The notes below the pieces were generated by a model. That model worked only from the letters and a program-made list of their open reading frames with translations, was not told where the DNA came from and searched no databases. 64,000 bases of DNA from a virus (taxonomy: Duplodnaviria > Caudoviricetes). Position 1 is the stretch's first letter, and each line of letters opens with the position of its first letter. Positions 11,401 to 19,045 of the stretch are shown piece after piece. The stretch covers positions 2,011-66,010 of the IMG/VR virus record IMGVR_UViG_3300022752_005266, one strand, 5' to 3'. The translations under genes and the position numbers were made by a program.

Positions 11401-12205
11401 CGGTGTAGCCGTGCTCGCCCGGCTTCGAGACTTCAGGGAGCTCCGTGCTGGTCCCCGCGGCGAGGTAGCCTCGCGCGCCCAGGGCACCCGCGGCGGCGGC
11501 GCCGGCAGCCGCGCCCGCCGGCCCGCCCGCGAGCCCGCCCATCACGGCGCCAAGAGTCGCGCCGCCGGCAGCCCCGGACACGCCCTTGTCGGCGCCCGAC
11601 TGCACGATTTCAATCGTGTCGCTGGCGATGCCCTGCTGGGCCTTCTCGGCCGCGTCAACGATCTTCTTGAACGCCGCCGCGCGCTCGTTGACCGGCATGA
11701 AACCGAGCACGCCGCGCTCGCGGTTCGCCTGCGCGACCTCGTCGTAGCTGCGGCCCTTGCGCCGCGCCTCGTAGAGACTCTCCAGGTTGACGCCCTGCGC
11801 CTCGGCAACCTTGTTGATCTGCTCGAAGGGCAGCCCGGTGCGGAGCTTATACGCCGCAACCGCGCGGTTGAACGTCGGGCCCGTCGCGACATCAAAGAAC
11901 TGGCGGTAGTCGACGATGCGCTTCAGGTCAGGGGGCAGCTCAAACTTTTCAAGAGGAGGCGCCTTGACAGGCTCCGCGGCTTTGGTTACCGTAGGGCCAG
12001 GGGGCCGTGCGGTCTTCTTCTGCTTCGGAGCGGCAGGAGTCGTGGCGGCCGGAGCAGGTGCGGCGGGGGCCGGAGAAGGCGCGACCGGCGCGGGGGCCGC
12101 AGCGGCGGCTTCGGCCTGCTTCTTCTCGGCGGTCTGCTTCAGCTCACGCTCAAGGAAGAACTTCTGAGCGGCGAGTTGCTGGGCGGCATCGGGCTTCCCG
12201 GCCAT
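2480..12205 (-). CDS. giant polyvalent/internal virion protein (~3,240 aa) with two zincin-like metallopeptidase motifs
   Basis: AGGAGA RBS before MAGKPDA. Motifs THEILHH...SEFWA and VLHEAAH...EELFAKAFEQY; Pro/Ala linkers; C-terminal 'LYDYS...MFPFWAFQK' region resembling large ejected phage proteins. Confidence 0.8.
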   Translation of the reverse strand: MAGKPDAAQQLAAQKFFLERELKQTAEKKQAEAAAAAPAPVAPSPAPAAPAPAATTPAAPKQKKTARPPGPTVTKAAEPVKAPPLEKFELPPDLKRIVDYRQFFDVATGPTFNRAVAAYKLRTGLPFEQINKVAEAQGVNLESLYEARRKGRSYDEVAQANRERGVLGFMPVNERAAAFKKIVDAAEKAQQGIASDTIEIVQSGADKGVSGAAGGATLGAVMGGLAGGPAGAAAGAAAAGALGARGYLAAGTSTELPEVSKPGEHGYTVAALLVQGLKKDKNAVQLYDLYGRRSETGATQRYIQQRTEELARRANISVSQPDATERMAKIRRQAVNEIMAYKTVGQWTPAVTMQDVEVTEGRVPPGFFGALKPNIELIGFNNKNQAVFRQESPLGVLFRAIDVPQAAIVGKLEGGTAAQGVQTGANFLDYALEETEGSSAFVRAPVVAAGFVASVAFPDVLAAGDVAYKGIRAAARTAKFKVAAPKATELLRVAAEARKAGQYEKAIEAEAELRNLLPVAADSLDRFDAEAARAIKMHDPESDIYNEDLAALIGGGPGDFSQQVAREAESRTWLHPSLRKDILSAKLKKRDIPMTAYSELYNTRRQLERISEAKASYLANAPKSTDAYAEFYARGATRDVLNRARARLAKDKEFKFPTISADEVNELADIVAKRAPLALTDEKAFRAALQADLKASPKYGTEYYAPLRQALHTPGESRLPSQLARKLSGVKGKTIDEIRIADMALFDRALRAVEQNNEARGLAAALLRDEIADQAKINVQPVAIFDDVVARGPDGAPVRLSPGGSLFLYKLRQVLPNAKFEDLVQAATGVEAMAKGVAARQKRDLFDVYRDIGVERGTLEDLARAGGVPIPPAAPAAPAAAVPAAAAAATSVTPRAASSAAARLASMRPPIPVGTPLVDIASAADARRLFDEALARPTPLVQFSQETADGAGVAKGIIIGDARVIVDEPTKGGPLRVIVRVGDAPVRSRSLPPTSTRAAFEQGIAEAEKLMEARVAKGEPAIRKAPEIKPAAPATPPAVPPAAVTPPTPAAAPTAAAPPKATAPAPGVLPVLADTVEGRKAQLREYLRANPGVKIKPLFGGFKLDPKDVRQVHAEVKAERAAVEAAPAAEAVVEAPKVPAAIPTPEPPKAPAPTVAPTPDVAKLEAEMERLRSERDIALETDDLDEANAIDRQMDALSRRLDAAKAAFVEAPVTLTPADAMSDILRADVAWMEAIRKFGENSEEAAAAFERRQAAFARAEAPKPPTPAIAEPPTPTPITAAVEAPVEAAKPIPWYDTLESEQKKRLFAAMTGLDAEAQKEAARADKMTAPFGRVPVGAAGFDAWLKSYVKDAFLRGLRRGMTPDEAEVYAKAESRVAVAKHNEKRPTDVNWRRADITGDDTIERAKANILSKMEPSTPPASKAPIEVAVEAATEAPAVRVADADIDKSPEVKKAQKPRKVAENKLKIARGKQEDAQAAVDAAKTPAAKKKAAQALTKATEELRAAEVADEAAELEYQAARNVAEKRLAEEAGKQQPLPLGPRAEAPAPAPKAEAPKAEAPEVSRSISVKSEAFRVDMDRARRSRIADVMIARIMGVDTGHEYEDIPKTFRVSAQKRLRRAGEGLQAGKITEQEYFKLVAAITDDLDDQAQIRRARATQGPKRGTDWVRSRLLAARADGRLDDAGVELADWFLQQNPRLADELAISVRKGGEDSMTAGFYERASQLVVLIKDKGDELTATHEILHHTERMLPEAMQDAIRKEWRKQLTATLKTATPEQRPFLEKMLTGVDYKDVAEAFASGKLPIQYYQFLNPSEFWAVHASEIVAGRFAAFNKGLTAKAKQWLVEFVQKVKSVFGLKSDAPIIRGLDEVLAGNGTFVSKETLGARGKYLSVEPPQPSGIPEAAARQTEDPNILRQVGPTGQIKGTVRWAEDGRAVIALFDGADASTVLHEAAHIVRRNALDVKDMENITTWIRRSGVNVTHEFGEFVGSAADVERAEELFAKAFEQYVMEGVAPTPTLAEVFAHLKRVLVDIYKGVTDPVIGKPVAPEVKAVFDRLLQETEEQSFPSLKQVMRRELLGGPKEDIGFLRKLSEEAQRKGIPRTSVEDLMKQFDTAAAKKVADDKPYISFPVKVLGKQDWTASDLAEAQAELDKSRMTTAARKRGLKLNLAGKRLEQTGLIEEDTAVESLRSVLAKQGDETGMPAYLRTGLRSVAAAFFGGDVAREKGVRLMPPEMRKALDTSERVIENAIGDTVTLVNDALESGKSDALYRFLSGDPRVTRLGGRPITSGGHDFMESFRTMLRRTLESLPEEQQYALSRLADVLSQPKWTEHLTTIGYEGVDADGHLIPFAKATKEAAKVRDDLGKAIETLLHASGKAEDELGIGLAQAISSAVGAPNVARPPYEFKLVELLTYIAGKTGRGYDEKGAWKMFKGDSRNAVETFLGQAGEIYNEQAKRQLAVIIGGYGSADVAKRTLIKLDLGISEPAKMAFTSWITGEAWPAQYTEEIQRIIDRYGLNADFVADRILGVDYYIPKQARERMANALARVKYRPLEASTGGDAFNTLYRYMKTRMTRGSFFLRQRYFMANTVDHFIQSGMTYGWGIAANSVTRVIAQDLMVLPAWQQALELARKLPGGEQRIPRDVLERARRALQAKGDLFGNRIGQLFGAAKYRIEVNPILEGIDGSFRAGDKVYSFREIRNLAVEEGVFASFDTRQLSNVIQREGALFINTEMMRWKNVIEGEAALEKAGEGRVLRGKIQNFLADWQSTVSDTAEAWGERERLGAMVALMEAGYDPRTAARLTIDALYDYSQSMTKADRSILVGIMFPFWAFQKNANVQVFNNLFSPWGAYRMMCIRRARERSADLLTEVLYGAVGDEFGMDVESMPPNLQDSYYSIVTEFYNQYNGDPPDDAKHALRMLLLGRGRDVEEGRLYELSPELLRMREAGLFSDIQRLSRYAQAKPSKVSRVSYLRERAGFAVPFPKTEAVQVYQSLLGDDHSFMEMFWPESSIETGLRHITQMAATLIVASSQAPDLLSGGALTEGGAREVKVMRVIEPVFDPERSPILAPLLADMSTDAMPPKKLALGVSGAAEITQRAATVVHPLIGKMIDDMYGTTFLRVPADVDPFIVDETGQNLKQLPPEEIERIRKLQAEYPDAGVLRDQRYYVRGGVWSMAFENTPLLGELNALLLRWEREPMERTNLRGQILRVCRAALGIDVSMTSPQRTVKYEEPTKLRETKGM

Positions 12206-12304
12206 CGTGTCTCCTGGGGTCGGGGCAGCCAGAACGCGGCTGCGCCCGCACCGCATCGTAGCATGTTGACGAAGCGGTTGCAGGCGCGAGGATGTAGGAA
12301 CTGA

Positions 12305-13051
12305 TTACTTCGGCGCGAACTTGTCCATCAGCTGTTCGTTGGTGCCGACGTACCCGTACTCGCGCATCTGCGCGGCAAGGTTCAGCACGTCTTGGAGCCG
12401 ACGTTGCTGGTCTTCTGCCAACTTTTTGTAGTCTATCGGCGCGACTGCGCCGCTTTGAATCTTTGCTTCAAGATTTGCCTTCCCCTTGTCGTACGCGGAG
12501 ATCGCTGCGGTGAAGAGCCGTCCTGCACCAATCGCTTGGTTCGCGAGCTCTTGCATCGGCTTGCGCTCCCACTCTACCGTTCGCGGTGCGATCGTCGGGC
12601 TAACCGCCCGATCGGGGCGCGAAGAAAGTGTGCCGCCGCCCGGAGTCGGTCGCTCCCCCGCGTGTACGGTGAGCGGCTGCATCGACGGGCGACGCGTCTC
12701 TCCGGGTGCGGTCGACATCTGCACTTCGCCGATCTGGCCCGCGCGTTGGAGGTCGCGGATGCGGCCCACTGCCTCCAGCGCTTCCTTCCGCTGTTGCGCT
12801 TCTTCCATCCACGCATCGCCGCTGGCCGCCAGCATTTCCGGCGAGGCTTTCTGCTGGCGTCCCGGCGACCGGCGCTGTGCGACTGCGGCGCCCGTGGCAG
12901 CGCCAGTTGCAGCGGCGGTCGCGACCGCGGGCTTGACCGCGGATGGGGTTGCGACAGCCCCTACCGGTGCGGCGACGGCGGCAGGAAGCGCGGCGGGAGG
13001 TGGCGTCACGGCTCCGACGGCCTCGGCAAGAAGTTTCGTACGAGGGGGCAT
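12305..13051 (-). CDS. hypothetical protein (possible internal virion protein)
   Basis: 248-aa ORF translationally coupled to the upstream gene; Ala-rich and helical. Confidence 0.65.
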   Translation of the reverse strand: MPPRTKLLAEAVGAVTPPPAALPAAVAAPVGAVATPSAVKPAVATAAATGAATGAAVAQRRSPGRQQKASPEMLAASGDAWMEEAQQRKEALEAVGRIRDLQRAGQIGEVQMSTAPGETRRPSMQPLTVHAGERPTPGGGTLSSRPDRAVSPTIAPRTVEWERKPMQELANQAIGAGRLFTAAISAYDKGKANLEAKIQSGAVAPIDYKKLAEDQQRRLQDVLNLAAQMREYGYVGTNEQLMDKFAPK

Positions 13052-15900
13052 CAGGACCTCCCGAGCTGGCGGTACGTGGTGAGCTTTCCCTTCTCCGTCG
13101 GCGCGATCGGTACAAACGGCAGTGTGGGCTCTGGCCTCACTCCCGACTCACGAGCGGCCTTGTCGGCTTCTTCTTTCGCGCGGCGCTTCCGCTCCGCCTC
13201 GGCCGCGGCCTCGGCAGCTATGCGCACTTGCGCTTCCGCCGGAGACTCGACGTACGGAGTCACCATCTTTTTCGGGCCTTCTACCAGTTCGGCGGCTCGC
13301 CGCTCTGCGATGGACGTGCGGCCGGCCGAGGTCTGCGCCTGCTCCGGAACGCCCTCACCTACGCCTTCGAGGCTGGGTGACGGGATCTGCTTGTACGACG
13401 CGGTCTTCGCGGCGGCTTCCTTGGCGGACACAGGCTTCGGCTTCGGTGCGGCGGCGTTCTCGGGGAGCTCGCTTCCTACTCGCTCCTTGCGCCTTTCCTT
13501 CTCGGCGCCCACAGCGGGGGCTCCGCCAAAGCGCCTCGCCTCTTCGCGCTTTGCCTTGAGCTTCTCGAAGAGCGGCTTTCGCTCCTGCCCGGCCTGCTGG
13601 AACGTCCGCGTCTCGGTGCCCAGAACTCCCGTCTCGATGGCTGGCGTCGGCAGCGTCGGCTGCGCGACACGAACATCGCCTTCCATCGTCGACGGCACGT
13701 ACGTCACGGGCGGTGCAGTCGGAGCAGGGGCTGTCGACGCGGGGCTCGTCGAGGTAGCCGCCGTCGTCGGCGCGGGCGCCGCGGGGGCCTTCGGCGCAGG
13801 CGCCGCAGGAGCCACGGGAGCCGTCGCCGCGGCCGGCGCCGTCGTCGCAGCCGGCGCCGTAGTTGCAGGCGCCGTCGCGGCTTCCTCGGCCTCGGTTTGA
13901 AGCTTGGTGGCTTCCATCGTGCCCGGTGCCGAGCCCACATCAAGGCGCCCCAGTGCTTCCCCTCGCGCCCATGCCTGGGGCGACTTCGCGGCGGCCACGT
14001 CCAGCGCAGTGACCGGAACGTCGGGCGGAGGCGGGACGGGCTTGTCGACTCCCGGAATCTTCGAGACGGCGTCGGGCGACAGCGCCTCCTTCACCAGCCG
14101 CTCGTCGCGCGCCTCGGCGCGCGCTGCCGTGGCTTCCCGCCCCAGCTGCCCGGGCAACGCCCGCGCGCCCATGGCGATGAGGTCCGGCTTCCCCTCTTCC
14201 CGGATTTCTACCTTGGCGCCGCGCGTGACGACGAACTGCCCGTTGTTCAGGCTGATGGCGCCCGTGCCGTAGCGCATCTCCGTGCCGGCGTGCATCTTGT
14301 CCCGGAAGCCCGTGACCTGGACCTCGCCAAGGTTCTTGATCTGATCGGCAGCGACCGTCCGCACCGGAGAGTTCTTGACGATGGCCGCGGCCTCTTCGGG
14401 GCTGGCCTCACCGTAGACCCCGCCCGTGGCGGCGAGATCGGCGCCCGTGAAGTAGCGCTTCACCGTACCATCGTCGTTGTACACGGCCGCGAGGCCGAGG
14501 TCCTGCGCGTTTGCGGGAACGTCTGCCCTCTCCCATCCCGACGCCGTGTACTTGAACGTCTCCCCTTCCGGCGTCTTGACGTACTGGTCATCACCTGCCG
14601 CGAGGAAGCGGTACCCGGACGGGGTCGTGCCTGCTTCGGCGAGCCGCTTCTTGTAGTCTTCCGGAGAGAGGACCGTCTTCCCGTCCGTGTCGATGGCGTA
14701 CTGGCCGTTCGCGAGCTTGTACTCCGTGAGGATGCGCTCCCGGAGCGCCGGGTCCGTCGCCGTGACCGTCACCAACTGACCCGAGCCGCGACCCGCGAGG
14801 AACGGCCCCTGGCGGTTCGGATGCTTCAGCTGAAAGGCGAAGCGGGCCAGCGCCCGGATGTCGTCCTTGCCGGCCGTGTAGTAGACTTTCCCGTTCTCAT
14901 CGACACGGGCCATGCCCAGGTTGTCGAACCCGTTGTCCTTCGCCCACGCTTGAAAGTCGGGGTTCGCGATGACGCGGCCGACCTTGCCGTGCGCGCCTTC
15001 CTGCCCCGGCGTGACCGCGAGCCGATGCGCGTCTTCGGCGCGCTTCAGCAGTCCCTGGTACTGCGAGTCCATCGCGCGCAGGTCTTCCAGCCGCTGGCTG
15101 AGCTGCTCGGGCGTCTCGGTCGCCATCGACTTGATCACTTCCTGCGCCTCGGCAGACGCCTTCTGCGCCTCTTCGAGCAGCGTCGGATCTACGTTCGCGC
15201 TGGCGGAGATCTTGTCTCGCGCGACAATCAGCGCATCGTTGGCCTTCTTCAACATCTTGACGGTGTTCGTGATCTCGACGTCCTTCTGCTGCGCCTCCTG
15301 CACGAACGAACGAATGCGATTCTTCAACTCGGTCGTGCCGCCGGCGCGCTCGGCCACGGCATTCGCATCGACGTCGCTTAGGTTCTTGCCGCCCATCGTC
15401 AGGCTCACGAGCTGCGCCGCGAGCGGGACTGACTCCGGCTCGTTGCCTACCGCGCGGGCGCCCTTGTTCGTCAGCGTGCGGAACAGCGTCTCCCACGCGC
15501 CCGAAACGTCGTTACGATCGAGCGCCGCGCGCGCATCGGTGAAGTACTCTTCACGAAACTTCGACCGCTGCCCGGCGATGCGGGTCATGTTGTCGTTGAT
15601 GTTGTTGATGCGGTCCGTCATGAGCTTCGCGGTCGTGCGGCTGTCTTTGCCCTGCGTCTCCGCCAGCTTCGCGTGGTAGCTCTGCGCCTGCGCGACCTGC
15701 TTCAGCATGGCGCTGATCATCGCCGTGTCGCGCTTCAGCTGTTCGAGGTTCTTGGACTTCGCGTAGTCCGCCGCCGCCTTGTCGAACAGATACGCGACCT
15801 TCATCTGGTCGGCGTCCGTCGTCGGGAGCTTGTCGTTCCAGATGCCGAACGCCTGCTGATACGCGTCGTAGAAGCTACCGTATCCAGAAGTATCTGCCAT
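13051..15900 (-). CDS. putative internal/ejection protein
   Basis: 949 aa with AGGAGA RBS; coiled-coil N-terminus and Pro/Ala-rich C-terminus; lies between the pilot-like and giant genes. Confidence 0.7.
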   Translation of the reverse strand: MADTSGYGSFYDAYQQAFGIWNDKLPTTDADQMKVAYLFDKAAADYAKSKNLEQLKRDTAMISAMLKQVAQAQSYHAKLAETQGKDSRTTAKLMTDRINNINDNMTRIAGQRSKFREEYFTDARAALDRNDVSGAWETLFRTLTNKGARAVGNEPESVPLAAQLVSLTMGGKNLSDVDANAVAERAGGTTELKNRIRSFVQEAQQKDVEITNTVKMLKKANDALIVARDKISASANVDPTLLEEAQKASAEAQEVIKSMATETPEQLSQRLEDLRAMDSQYQGLLKRAEDAHRLAVTPGQEGAHGKVGRVIANPDFQAWAKDNGFDNLGMARVDENGKVYYTAGKDDIRALARFAFQLKHPNRQGPFLAGRGSGQLVTVTATDPALRERILTEYKLANGQYAIDTDGKTVLSPEDYKKRLAEAGTTPSGYRFLAAGDDQYVKTPEGETFKYTASGWERADVPANAQDLGLAAVYNDDGTVKRYFTGADLAATGGVYGEASPEEAAAIVKNSPVRTVAADQIKNLGEVQVTGFRDKMHAGTEMRYGTGAISLNNGQFVVTRGAKVEIREEGKPDLIAMGARALPGQLGREATAARAEARDERLVKEALSPDAVSKIPGVDKPVPPPPDVPVTALDVAAAKSPQAWARGEALGRLDVGSAPGTMEATKLQTEAEEAATAPATTAPAATTAPAAATAPVAPAAPAPKAPAAPAPTTAATSTSPASTAPAPTAPPVTYVPSTMEGDVRVAQPTLPTPAIETGVLGTETRTFQQAGQERKPLFEKLKAKREEARRFGGAPAVGAEKERRKERVGSELPENAAAPKPKPVSAKEAAAKTASYKQIPSPSLEGVGEGVPEQAQTSAGRTSIAERRAAELVEGPKKMVTPYVESPAEAQVRIAAEAAAEAERKRRAKEEADKAARESGVRPEPTLPFVPIAPTEKGKLTTYRQLGRS

Positions 15901-15912
15901 GGTATCTCCTAC

Positions 15913-16533
15913 TTAGGGCTGCTGAACAAGGGTACCCGGCGCGACCGTCATGCCCGCCTGCCGCATGTATTCTTCCTGGCCGATCTGGCCGAGCTGGTAC
16001 GCGCGAAGCGCCTTCTCAAGCGGAAGGTCCTTCGCCGCCGCGAGCGTCGTGCCCACCACACCCTGCGCGATCTGCGCGCCCGTCTGACGCGCCTCGGCTC
16101 GCTTGTTCTCCACGCGGCGCATGATGTCGGCGAAGCGCTGCTGTGCCTTCTGCTGCGACAGCTCATCAACCTTGCCGGCGTACTGAGCCATCGCTTCTTG
16201 CTGGCCGGCCGTCGTCTGCCCAAGCGCCTTCTGCTGAGCGCCGGAGCGACCGAAGCCGCCCTGGGCCGCGGCGGAGCGCCGAAGGTCGGCCTCCGCCCCC
16301 GCCGTCTGCGCCTGAAGCGAACGCTGCGCCCCCGCGAGCATGGTGCGCTTCTCGGCCTCGCTGAGGCCGAGTTGCCCGCGCTCCATCGCGGAGATGTCCT
16401 TCTTGAGCTGCTTCCGGTACGCGCGCGCCGCCGGGTCAACCGCGGACGCGATGGCCTGACCGGCCGCGCCGACAAGGCCCATGCCCGCGCCCGTTCCGAG
16501 CCCCGTCAATGTGGCGGCGATGCCTGGAAGCAT
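15913..16533 (-). CDS. putative DNA ejection/pilot protein
   Basis: Gly/Ala-rich hydrophobic N-terminus followed by Q/A-rich helices ('QGGFGRSGAQQ'), as in podovirus ejection proteins. Confidence 0.6.
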   Translation of the reverse strand: MLPGIAATLTGLGTGAGMGLVGAAGQAIASAVDPAARAYRKQLKKDISAMERGQLGLSEAEKRTMLAGAQRSLQAQTAGAEADLRRSAAAQGGFGRSGAQQKALGQTTAGQQEAMAQYAGKVDELSQQKAQQRFADIMRRVENKRAEARQTGAQIAQGVVGTTLAAAKDLPLEKALRAYQLGQIGQEEYMRQAGMTVAPGTLVQQP

Positions 16534-16583
16534 TCTTCACCTCGACCGCGAGTATATCGCATGGCGCGCACGCGGTCGACGGG

Positions 16584-17357
16584 TTACCTGAACATCACGC
16601 AGCGTACGCTTCGGGTTCCGAGTGTGACGCGTTGGTGCAGCGTTCCTGCTACTTCATCGGTGGGCCCGTACGTCGGCGAGATCCAGTTTCCCGGCATGAT
16701 TACGTCGAGCGACAACTTCGTGTCCTGATCGACCGGGGGTTGAATATAGACCTTCACGGCGACGTCGTGGAAGCCCTTCGACACGTTCTTCTGGAGATGC
16801 GTGAAGTCGTACCAGTTCGCAGAAACCGCCTCGGCGTTTGCCGTTTCAGAAATCGTCGAACTGACGCGCGCGGACACGGGAGGCTGTCTCCGCATCGCCG
16901 GAAACTCGGTCCCGTCCACGTAAACTCGAAACACGACGTCTGGCGTGTACGCCGCTCCCCCTGCGGTTTCTTTCGCCGTGACCGCGGGTCGAAACGCCGC
17001 GAGGAAGAAGCTCCACTCCCAGACGAGCGCGTCTACATCAAACGGGATGTAGGCGCGGTGGCAGAGGCCCCCGATCGCCACGTAGTTACCGTCTACATCG
17101 AGCAGCGTCCCGAACCCGTTGCTATAGATGTCCATCGGGGTCGTCAAACTGTCCTGCCGCGCACGCACGGCTTCCTCCGCCATGACGTGGTCGGCGCGCA
17201 CCTGGAACGCTGCGTCCAGGTTCACCTGCTGGAGCCCGCCGTTCGGCTCGGACAGAATGCCCTTGCCGGCGACCGTCGAGTAGATGTTCGCGTTGTGGCC
17301 CGTGACATTGAGTGTCGTACCGTCCGGGTACGTCGTTGACGGTGTGATCGTTGCCAT
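16584..17357 (-). CDS. putative tail-associated protein
   Basis: 257 aa, coupled to the upstream gene; beta-rich 'VYVDGT...GFHDVAVKV'. Confidence 0.6.
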   Translation of the reverse strand: MATITPSTTYPDGTTLNVTGHNANIYSTVAGKGILSEPNGGLQQVNLDAAFQVRADHVMAEEAVRARQDSLTTPMDIYSNGFGTLLDVDGNYVAIGGLCHRAYIPFDVDALVWEWSFFLAAFRPAVTAKETAGGAAYTPDVVFRVYVDGTEFPAMRRQPPVSARVSSTISETANAEAVSANWYDFTHLQKNVSKGFHDVAVKVYIQPPVDQDTKLSLDVIMPGNWISPTYGPTDEVAGTLHQRVTLGTRSVRCVMFR

Positions 17358-19045
17358 CAGTTCCTCATCCCGAGCAGGACCATACTACCGCGATTGATGA
17401 CGAACTCGTTCTGCTGCGTGCCGGGGTCAAGATCTGGATACGAGGTCGTCCCATTTTCTACCGCGTTCATTACGGCGCCAAACACACCGATGTCGATGTT
17501 GGCGATCGGCACGTTGAACTGAAGCTCCGCGAGCAGCTGAACTTCGGCGAACTCGTACGGGGCACGATCTACAATCCACGCGAATGAGTTGACCATCGCG
17601 GTTGATTCTTGAAGAGGTACCCACCCCGCGTCGCCGGACCCTGTCAGTCGCCACATCAGGCGAAACACGGCGAACCCGCCGCAATAATCTGAGCTGGCGC
17701 TGAGCGAGTAGTCAAACGCGCCGAACGACGCGGCCCCAGACGACATGGTGTACTCGCCACCGTAGATGTTCACGACTTCGACATTCGCCGTCACCAGAAT
17801 CCGCACCGGTTCCGCGACGCTGATGTTTTCGATGATGAGCTCGGTCGAGGGGCTGCCTCCGATCAAAGCCCAGCCGACTGCGGGAGCGCCGCTGTAATGC
17901 GTCGAGGCGATCGAGCTGCTCGTGAACCCTGGGTAGACGTTGTTGAACTTCTCCGGCGTCGGGAACACGGCGCGCACCGTGTCTCGAAGGCGCAACGCTT
18001 TCGGAAGGTGGTAGTGCATCAACGCACCGCGTGCGAGGTTGCCCTCTTGTACGTCGTTGTACGCGACGATGAGCGGTTGGATTCGCTGCACGTACATCGT
18101 CGAGTTCGCGACAGGCTCTTCTTCTTCGAACCCAGGCGTCGTCACGTCGGCCCCGGTCACGCTGGAGACAGGGAAGCTCTTCAGCTCCGTGACGATGACT
18201 TGCCGGCTGAAGATGTAAACGTTGTCTTCTTCCGTGTAGATCGGCGATACGTCTTCCAGCTGCCGCGGAACGCGGCGTACGACAATCTCGACCGTGTGGT
18301 CGCCCGGTTGTACGGGCACGCACGCGCTGATGCGCACCGGCCCCGTAGCCGGACCGATGGCGCAGATCTGCCGCCCCTTGATGTCTTGCGGTCCCGGCAG
18401 CACTGTGTTTACCGTCGGGTCGTCGGGGTCAGACAGCCGCTGCTGCGTCGGCTTGAACGGAAACGATGCGGTGTACGGTACGTTGTCGATCCCAGTGATT
18501 GTGTCGGCGAGCACCGTACCGTCTACTCGAAGAGCGAAGTGCAGATTCACGGGTTGCGTGTCGGCGCCATTCGCGTGCTGTGCGCCCCAGATAGGCGTCG
18601 TCGTATACAGCTGCTGGTAGAACCCGTACCAGAGGAACTGCGCGAACGCATGAACCCAGAGCACGGAGACGCCGGTGCTGAGATTGACGATGGCGGCCGT
18701 TCCGTCGAACTCGGTGATTGCCTGCCACTCAAACGTATTCTGGACGAGGTATGCGTCTTCATTCAGAGTACCCGACGCCGGAATCGTCTCGTCCGGCGAG
18801 CCTGTCCATGGCTCCACGCTCGTCGCCGGGTGCGTGTCGCCGAACGGCACTGCGACGCGGTAGACAAACGTCTCCGTCACGGCTGCCGGGTCCACCGCCA
18901 CGGTCGAGGCAATCGCGTCGTCGAAGTTGTGGGCGTTGAGCCGACCGCTGATGCGGTCCGCGGCGGGCGCGAAGTCTTCCGTCAGCGGCACCGGGTCAAG
19001 AACGCTGGCCGTGCGGAGTACGCGCTTCGGGAAGAGATAGCTCAT
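17357..19045 (-). CDS. putative tail-associated protein
   Basis: 562 aa; 'LRVDGT...GDHTVEIVVR' resembles the neighbouring protein. Confidence 0.6.
   Translation of the reverse strand: MSYLFPKRVLRTASVLDPVPLTEDFAPAADRISGRLNAHNFDDAIASTVAVDPAAVTETFVYRVAVPFGDTHPATSVEPWTGSPDETIPASGTLNEDAYLVQNTFEWQAITEFDGTAAIVNLSTGVSVLWVHAFAQFLWYGFYQQLYTTTPIWGAQHANGADTQPVNLHFALRVDGTVLADTITGIDNVPYTASFPFKPTQQRLSDPDDPTVNTVLPGPQDIKGRQICAIGPATGPVRISACVPVQPGDHTVEIVVRRVPRQLEDVSPIYTEEDNVYIFSRQVIVTELKSFPVSSVTGADVTTPGFEEEEPVANSTMYVQRIQPLIVAYNDVQEGNLARGALMHYHLPKALRLRDTVRAVFPTPEKFNNVYPGFTSSSIASTHYSGAPAVGWALIGGSPSTELIIENISVAEPVRILVTANVEVVNIYGGEYTMSSGAASFGAFDYSLSASSDYCGGFAVFRLMWRLTGSGDAGWVPLQESTAMVNSFAWIVDRAPYEFAEVQLLAELQFNVPIANIDIGVFGAVMNAVENGTTSYPDLDPGTQQNEFVINRGSMVLLGMRN

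Noticed and set aside
7406-12304. Very long antisense ORFs (1632 aa here; also 2459-5098, 19129-21648, 21732-24860, 46368-48560)
   Set aside because: They mirror real genes on the other strand. High-GC codon bias removes antisense stops, and the translations are Arg-rich with no motifs.
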